Shown piece by piece: positions 54,925 to 60,196 of a stretch of 60,196 bases of DNA; the stretch's first letter is position 1, and each line of letters begins with the position of its first letter. The stretch lies in IMG/VR virus record IMGVR_UViG_3300037755_000280, positions 1-60,196 of that record. One strand, written 5' to 3'. This stretch comes from a virus. Lineage: Duplodnaviria; Caudoviricetes. Both the position numbers and the translations under genes were made by a program. The notes beneath the pieces are model-generated. The model was not told the DNA's origin. It searched no databases and saw only the letters and a list, made by a program, of their open reading frames with translations.

Positions 54925-55304
54925 CAGGTCCACTCCTGTCCGGTCGTGTCGGCGTAGGTACGGATGCCGGGCACGAACACCTCGGCGACCTCGGTCCACA
55001 GGCCCGAGTCGTCGAAGTCGAACAGGTCGATGATCAGACCGGGCAACCCGCCACTTGCGGTGATGCCGAGCTTCTCCACCTCCTTGTGCACGAACATCGA
55101 GATCTCGCCCTTGATCTCGTTCGCCACCCCGGACTCACCCTCGCGGGCGAGCATCTGCCGGTACTGCTCGGGGTCCATGTCCGGGTAGCCGCACGAGTAC
55201 CGCAGGTGCTCGCACACCAGCTCCCAGATGGCCTCGTACAGCTCGGGCGTGTTGCCCAGCACCGTGGTGATCTGGTCGGCGGTGGCCTTCTTGTAGGCGT
55301 CCAT
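54924..55304 (-). CDS. hypothetical acidic protein
   Basis: TGATG overlap. Confidence 0.6.
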   Translation of the reverse strand: MDAYKKATADQITTVLGNTPELYEAIWELVCEHLRYSCGYPDMDPEQYRQMLAREGESGVANEIKGEISMFVHKEVEKLGITASGGLPGLIIDLFDFDDSGLWTEVAEVFVPGIRTYADTTGQEWT

Positions 55305-55687
55305 CAGTCCCACTCCTCAGCCTTGAGCCGGTCGTAGTCCTCGCCGAGGAACAGCCGCAGCACGTCAGCCTGCCCGCCTGCCTGCCGGTAGCTCTCCTCG
55401 GCGCTGCGCGAGTCGGTGTCGTAGCTGAGCTCGGTCGCCCACTGCTCGAACGAGCCCGCATCGTCGTACGTGCGAGCTTCGCTGAGCAGGTCAGGCAGCA
55501 CGTCCGCCACCGTCGGCCGCTCCTTCCACCCTGTACCGGTCATGTACGGGGTGGTCATGCTGGTGTCCAGCCGCTGGTTGTGCAGGGTGACCTCGTAGGC
55601 GTAGTGCTTCCACTTCCTGCCGCCCGACTGGTCCGCGAACTGGACCCCCAGGTACTCCACCTCGGCGGTGATGTGGTCGATGTTCAT
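55304..55687 (-). CDS. conserved hypothetical phage protein
   Basis: P...DVL..L.S.A....SFEQWATELSYDTDSRSA motif. Confidence 0.65.
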   Translation of the reverse strand: MNIDHITAEVEYLGVQFADQSGGRKWKHYAYEVTLHNQRLDTSMTTPYMTGTGWKERPTVADVLPDLLSEARTYDDAGSFEQWATELSYDTDSRSAEESYRQAGGQADVLRLFLGEDYDRLKAEEWD

Positions 55688-56091
55688 CGGTTCACCTGCA
55701 CCTTCACGTCGTCGCCCATGACGTCGACCACGATGATGCGGCGCCCGTCGGGGCGGATCTCGGCGCCGACGATGGCCACGGTCTCACCGGACTCGGTGTC
55801 GAAGTCGACCGTGTCGTACCGGTTGTTCTTCGGCTCCTGGTTCGCCCGGTACACGATCGGGATGAGCCTGCCGAGCTGCTCGACCGGCGCGATCACGTGC
55901 TCCCAGTCGGTGTGGCCCGGACCGACCCACGTGATCTTGTCCCCGCAGTCCTTGCACCGGTCACCCGGCTCGTTCAGGTCGTCGGGCCGAGCGTCGTGCT
56001 CGGCGGCACGCTCGGCGTCCCGCTCGGCGTCCCGCTCCTGCCTCTGCGCCTCGATCTCGGCGCGGTCGTGCTCTTCCCACTCGTCTTCCAT
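55684..56091 (-). CDS. hypothetical protein
   Basis: GGAGGTAG RBS. Confidence 0.6.
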   Translation of the reverse strand: MEDEWEEHDRAEIEAQRQERDAERDAERAAEHDARPDDLNEPGDRCKDCGDKITWVGPGHTDWEHVIAPVEQLGRLIPIVYRANQEPKNNRYDTVDFDTESGETVAIVGAEIRPDGRRIIVVDVMGDDVKVQVNR

Positions 56092-56114
56092 GGATCTACC
56101 TCCATCTCATCGCG

Positions 56115-56176
56115 TGGCCCTCTGCCACACACCGAGCACCACCACCCGCTGGTGGTGGTGCCGGGGTCTGTGTCAG
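56115..56176 (-). promoter_or_regulatory. intergenic hairpin element, copy B
   Basis: TGGCCCTCTGCCACACACC-[GCACCACCACC/GGTGGTGGTGC stem]-GGTCTGTGTCAG. Confidence 0.65.
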
Positions 56177-56520
56177 TACGGGAACGACATGCCGTCGACG
56201 ACGTCCGGTTCGCAGAACGTGACCATGCCCGGGAAGGGACGGTCACGTTCCTTGAGCTTCACGCGAGCCTTCCACCCACCGGCGGCGAGGCTGCGCTGAT
56301 CCAGCTCGTACCCGATCGCGGTCTTGGCCACGTGCACGTCCCAGCCGGTGTTGCCCGTGGTCAGGAACTGTGCGTGCCAGACGCCGAACCCGTTGGCGTA
56401 GGTGTTCACCGTGATGAACGTCGCCTCGCCACCGGGGAGTGTGGCCCTGCGCTTGATGTGCAGGTTCGTGTCGTCGTCCTGGATGACCTGGTAGCGCGGA
56501 ACTCTGCCCTTGTGTGCCAT
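56173..56520 (-). CDS. hypothetical protein
   Basis: YANGFGVWHA motif; operon packing. Confidence 0.6.
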   Translation of the reverse strand: MAHKGRVPRYQVIQDDDTNLHIKRRATLPGGEATFITVNTYANGFGVWHAQFLTTGNTGWDVHVAKTAIGYELDQRSLAAGGWKARVKLKERDRPFPGMVTFCEPDVVDGMSFPY

Positions 56521-56523
56521 GGC

Positions 56524-57111
56524 TCAGCCGTCCAGGTTGTCGTGGGCGAGTTCGGCGGCGACCACCCGCAGGTAGTCGTCCCCCGCGTCGCACGCCACGC
56601 CGCCCATGGCGGCCACGACCTCGGGCTCGTCCACGTCGGCCACGTTGTACAGCGTGACGACCCACACCGGCCCGTCCCACGGCGCGTCCCCGTCGTACGG
56701 GTGGTCGTCGGGCTCGACGTGCCAGAAGTAGGGGCCCTTGCGGAGCTTGTCCTCGGCGGCCACCAGTTCCATGGCACACCGCCGCCGCCCCTGCTCGGAC
56801 GTCTCGGTCTCCGGGTCGTACGACCAGGCGCCGTTGCCCATGAAGAACTCGAACGCCGCGTGCCGCCGGGGCATGACGACGAACCGCTCCTTGCAGAGGT
56901 GGCACTCCTGCATCCCGTCCCAGTCGACCAGTCCGGGGGACAGGTAGAACGTGGCGGGGCGCCCCGGCTGGGGCTTCCACTCCAGGCACCGGATCTTCAT
57001 GAGGCCGCCGCCGAGCGTGCTGACCTCGTGCTTCGCCTGCGACGTGCACGTGTGGTTCTCCAGGAAGTCGGAAGTGCCACCCGAGTTCCCGCACTTGCTG
57101 CATACCTGCAT
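56524..57111 (-). CDS. hypothetical protein
   Basis: AAGGAG RBS, TGATG overlap. Confidence 0.6.
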   Translation of the reverse strand: MQVCSKCGNSGGTSDFLENHTCTSQAKHEVSTLGGGLMKIRCLEWKPQPGRPATFYLSPGLVDWDGMQECHLCKERFVVMPRRHAAFEFFMGNGAWSYDPETETSEQGRRRCAMELVAAEDKLRKGPYFWHVEPDDHPYDGDAPWDGPVWVVTLYNVADVDEPEVVAAMGGVACDAGDDYLRVVAAELAHDNLDG

Positions 57112-57686
57112 CAGATCGCTCCTTCCATGACGGCCTGGTCGCGGCCGTCGGCCGTGATCGCGAGCCCATCGGTCCCGAGGACCACGCCTGCCCCGACGTG
57201 CTGGGGTATGCCCATGGCGCTGCGCTGGCTGGGAACGTCCGTGTAGACGATGACCGCCGGACGTTCGGCGTGGTGCTGGGGCGTGCCGATGTATCCGTGC
57301 CACACCCCGGCCGACGGCGCCCCCATGATGAACGGGGTGCCTGCCATGCAGTGGGCGATGGCTTGCTCGGCGCTGTCGGCGGCGAAGATCCGGGTCCGCG
57401 GCGCCGAGTGACGCTGCACCCCGGCCCGCTCGTGCACGATGAACATGCTCACACCCTGGTCTCCCTGCTTGATCAGCTCCCGCAGGAGTTCCATGTCACG
57501 ATCGACCGACGTGCTCGACCACCGGGAGATCTGTGTGTACAGGATGTCCGTCAGCAGCTCGTCCTTGTCCGCCTCGCCGGTTCTGGCGAGCTGCGCCAGC
57601 ACCGACCCGGGCATCCCTGGCGCCTGCCATGTGGCCGCGATCCGGCGTGCCGTGTGTGCCGGGTTCTGAAACTTCACCGTTGCCAT
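57111..57686 (-). CDS. hypothetical protein
   Basis: GAGGAGG RBS. Confidence 0.6.
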   Translation of the reverse strand: MATVKFQNPAHTARRIAATWQAPGMPGSVLAQLARTGEADKDELLTDILYTQISRWSSTSVDRDMELLRELIKQGDQGVSMFIVHERAGVQRHSAPRTRIFAADSAEQAIAHCMAGTPFIMGAPSAGVWHGYIGTPQHHAERPAVIVYTDVPSQRSAMGIPQHVGAGVVLGTDGLAITADGRDQAVMEGAI

Positions 57687-57701
57687 GACTCAGCCCTCCT
57701 C

Positions 57702-58100
57702 TCAGATCCGCTCGACCCGGATGCCACCGCGTGGCCCGATGTACACCCGGGCCACGCACGCGTCCCCGACCGACCGCTCCAGGGCCTCCAGCTCGGTCGG
57801 GTAGCGCAGCGCCAGCAGGATCTCCGACAGCACTCGTCCGCCGCCGTACCCGTGGTCGTGGTTCTTGTGCCCCTTGACCGCGTAGTAGCCGACGTGGCCG
57901 GTGTCCCCGGCCTTCCACTCGGCCACGTGCGGGGTCGTACCCGGGTGGGTCTGCCCGTCCTCGAACCGCTGACGCAACACCTCCCGGGCGTGGTCGAGCG
58001 TGTCGAAGATCTCCGCGTCCGTCGCCCACTCGCCCGGGGAGAAGTCGAGTCCCCCGTACCACAGGCCCACGAACTTGCCCGGCCTGGTCCTGTCCTTCAT
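57702..58100 (-). CDS. hypothetical protein
   Basis: GGAGGTAG RBS; ends IGPRGGIRVER. Confidence 0.65.
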   Translation of the reverse strand: MKDRTRPGKFVGLWYGGLDFSPGEWATDAEIFDTLDHAREVLRQRFEDGQTHPGTTPHVAEWKAGDTGHVGYYAVKGHKNHDHGYGGGRVLSEILLALRYPTELEALERSVGDACVARVYIGPRGGIRVERI

Positions 58101-58118
58101 GACTACCTCCATCCTGCA

Positions 58119-58181
58119 TGGCCCTCTGCCACACACCCACCCCCCACAGCGCGAGGCTGTGGGGGGCTCGGTCTGTGTCAG
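58119..58181 (-). promoter_or_regulatory. intergenic hairpin element, copy C
   Basis: TGGCCCTCTGCCACACACC-[CCCCCCACAGC/GCTGTGGGGGG stem]-GGTCTGTGTCAG. Confidence 0.65.
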
Positions 58182-58537
58182 AACACCTCGCCCGCGAACC
58201 CTTCGGCCAGCTCGGCGACCCGGGCGGGCGTGCTGGCCATGCACATGCTGGTCAGGGCGATCTCCACCTGGACCGGTAACTCCCTCTCGGCGACGCACAC
58301 CAGCGCATCCCCGGGTTCGGTCTCGGTCAGGTTCGTCGCCCGGTAGGTGACCGCGTCGGCGATCTCGTGGGCGATGCGGTCGTGGTTCACCTCCCCGGTG
58401 TCCGGGTCGACGATGACGTACACGTCCGCCACCACCGCGGCGAGGATGCGCACCCTGCGCACCCCCAGTTCCGTGAGGGTGCTGGTCAGCTCCGCCCGAG
58501 GCAGCGGCGCGGGCAGTGTGATGATGTCTCGGGTCAT
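58178..58537 (-). CDS. hypothetical protein
   Basis: GGAGG RBS. Confidence 0.6.
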   Translation of the reverse strand: MTRDIITLPAPLPRAELTSTLTELGVRRVRILAAVVADVYVIVDPDTGEVNHDRIAHEIADAVTYRATNLTETEPGDALVCVAERELPVQVEIALTSMCMASTPARVAELAEGFAGEVF

Positions 58538-58595
58538 GCTTCCTCCATGATGGCCACGGCCGCGCCCACACTGTGTGGGCGCGGCCTGGGGTGGG

Positions 58596-59066
58596 TCAGA
58601 ACGCGACGACTTCCATGAGCTCGAAGTCGATGCCGTACAGGTCACCCCCGATCCAGACGTCACACACCCGGTCGTCGTCGGTGCGGCAGTCGAGGCGGCC
58701 GGCTTCCTCCCGGGGCCCGAAGGTGCCCTGCTCGTAGTCCATGAGGTACCGCTGCCCGTTCACGATCACGCCGCACACCTGGTCACCCTGGATGCGGCAG
58801 TCCCATCCCGGGTCGTCCTCCTCGGCGCCCTCCCCGTAGGGCGGGGCTGCCATGTCCAGCACGGGCAGGTAGTCGGGTAGCACCTCACACCCGTTGTAGT
58901 CCTCCCACTTGTGGGTGAACGACCCACACACCAGCTCCTGCTCGGCGGCTTGCCTGCCCTGGTTGTAGGCGATCTGGCTGCACACACCCGCCGCGCTGGC
59001 GGCGAGCGCCGCGAGCAGCACACCCATCCCGTACTGCTTCGCGGCTTCCATGACTCGATCCTTCAC
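58596..59066 (-). CDS. secreted/membrane-anchored Cys-rich protein
   Basis: N-terminal hydrophobic helix; EDDPGWDCRIQGDQVCG and repeated DCRTDDDRVC motif. Confidence 0.6.
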   Translation of the reverse strand: MKDRVMEAAKQYGMGVLLAALAASAAGVCSQIAYNQGRQAAEQELVCGSFTHKWEDYNGCEVLPDYLPVLDMAAPPYGEGAEEDDPGWDCRIQGDQVCGVIVNGQRYLMDYEQGTFGPREEAGRLDCRTDDDRVCDVWIGGDLYGIDFELMEVVAF

Positions 59067-59200
59067 CACGTACCTCCAACGACGTTGTTCCGAAGTTCCT
59101 TCTTGCCTGCTTCCGCCTCGGCGGAAGTGATCAGGCCGAGTGCGGCCTCCTTGTCCAGGAGGATGCACTCGGCCTCGTACTCGGCGCGGCTGATGATCAC
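59063..59200 (-). CDS. small hypothetical protein
   Basis: GTGA overlaps at both ends. Confidence 0.45.
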   Translation of the reverse strand: MIISRAEYEAECILLDKEAALGLITSAEAEAGKKELRNNVVGGTW

Positions 59201-59304
59201 GCGGGCCACAGCCACGCCAGCACGATGCACGTGACCACGACCTCCACCACCACGGCGCCCACCACTGTGAAGGTGAGCGTCCCGGTCCCCACGGACTGGG
59301 ACAT
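59197..59304 (-). CDS. 35-aa single-TM protein
   Basis: MSQSVGTGTLTFTVVGAVVVEVVVTCIVLAWLWPA; TGATG overlap. Confidence 0.45.
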   Translation of the reverse strand: MSQSVGTGTLTFTVVGAVVVEVVVTCIVLAWLWPA

Positions 59305-59540
59305 CACTTGTCACCGGGGTTGTTCACGACGCGCACGGCTTCCGTGGACCCGGGCACCGTGCGGATACGCCGCGTGTCGCGCCCGGCAAGTTCCATGGCC
59401 GCCTCCCACACCCGCGGGTCGATCATGCGCCGGTCGATCGTGCCGTTCAGCGCCGTTGCGCGTTGCCGCTGCTTACGCCTGGTTTTCACGCTACCTCCAT
59501 CCTTGATAACGATCACCGCGTTGTCACGGACATGGGTCAT
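59304..59540 (-). CDS. hypothetical protein
   Basis: GGAGGTAG RBS; IDPRVWEAAMELAGRDTRRI motif. Confidence 0.6.
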   Translation of the reverse strand: MTHVRDNAVIVIKDGGSVKTRRKQRQRATALNGTIDRRMIDPRVWEAAMELAGRDTRRIRTVPGSTEAVRVVNNPGDK

Positions 59541-59884
59541 CGCTACCTCCGTCCTCGATCTGATACGCGATGCCAACGGTTTCCCCGCAAGCCGTACATG
59601 AAAACTCCTGCACGACGTAACCATCCATGACAGAGCGGAAAACCGCTACATCGAGGTGCGGGCAACCGTCGTATCGGGGGGTCAGTCCATCCTCCCCATG
59701 ACTAGCTACCTTCCATGACCAGGACATTCCATGACGAACGGAACATCCGCGTGTCCTGTCGCCGAATCGAACGGCCGTTCCCGACATAGCGCGAGAGACA
59801 CCAGACACAGAACTGACCACGCTTGCGCGCGGCCGGTAGAACAGAGAATCGAACACAGGTACCGGATCCACAACGTAGAGACGA

Positions 59885-59920
59885 GACAAGGCCCGGCGGG
59901 TTCGCCCGCCGGGCCTTGTC
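59885..59920 (-). terminator. 16-bp perfect hairpin after the junction-spanning gene
   Basis: GACAAGGCCCGGCGGG-TTCG-CCCGCCGGGCCTTGTC immediately after the stop at 59922. Confidence 0.7.
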
Positions 59921-59967
59921 ATCACTTGGACTTGCTACCCGTCAGGAGTGCCTCACGGGTCTTGCGC

Positions 59968-60196
59968 GCCTTGTCGAGCACTGCGACCTCACCCTTGCGC
60001 ACGGTGTCCGCATCGTTCGCGGGCTCCCTGGGCCGCTTGGGTGCGGCAGGCTTGGGCTTGGCACGCAGTACCTTCCCGATCGACTCGGCCAACACGGTTG
60101 CGAGCTGTTCGCGTTCGGCTTCCGGCATCGCCCGGGTGAGTGCCCCGATTGCCAGGAGGGCCGGGGTGACGTCGGTGCCGGACTGTCGGTGTCGGT
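59968..60196. repeat. terminal direct repeat / circular assembly overlap (copy 2)
   Basis: Matches 1-229 with two mismatches. Confidence 0.95.

Noticed and set aside
59524-59925. 133-aa ORF after the junction gene
   Set aside because: It runs through a terminator hairpin and has atypical composition; at most the 3' part is coding

Overview
Apparently complete ~59.97 kb high-GC actinobacteriophage genome (siphovirus-type) assembled as a circle. Bases 1-229 repeat at 59968-60196, and a minus-strand gene runs across that junction. The + strand arm (2.1-29.6 kb) has small DNA-binding and nuclease genes, terminase, portal, a MuF/protease fusion, probable separate hexamer and pentamer capsid proteins, tail genes, tape measure, endolysin and holin. 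The - strand arm (29.7-60.2 kb) has replication/recombination genes (initiator, DnaB helicase, SSB, ERF, Cas4-like nuclease, HNH), glycosyl-, methyl- and sulfotransferases, an Acb2/Tad1-like protein, a BldC homolog and many small unknowns. I recognise no integrase, DNA polymerase or canonical tRNA. The standout feature is a Ro60/TROVE gene (31746-33446) preceded by a tandem array of six Y RNA-like ncRNA genes (33508-34239). All six keep the same putative Ro-binding stem, with a different self-complementary closing helix in each. Their distal domains range from a full circularly permuted tRNA mimic, through sequence-divergent three-hairpin domains, to almost none. Other unexplained signals are a dense GAACA(C/G)GTG cluster at 3.5-4.0 kb, repeated 16-bp palindromes near 1 kb, and a three-copy intergenic hairpin element. 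Protein calls come from motif recognition by eye; no database searches were run.
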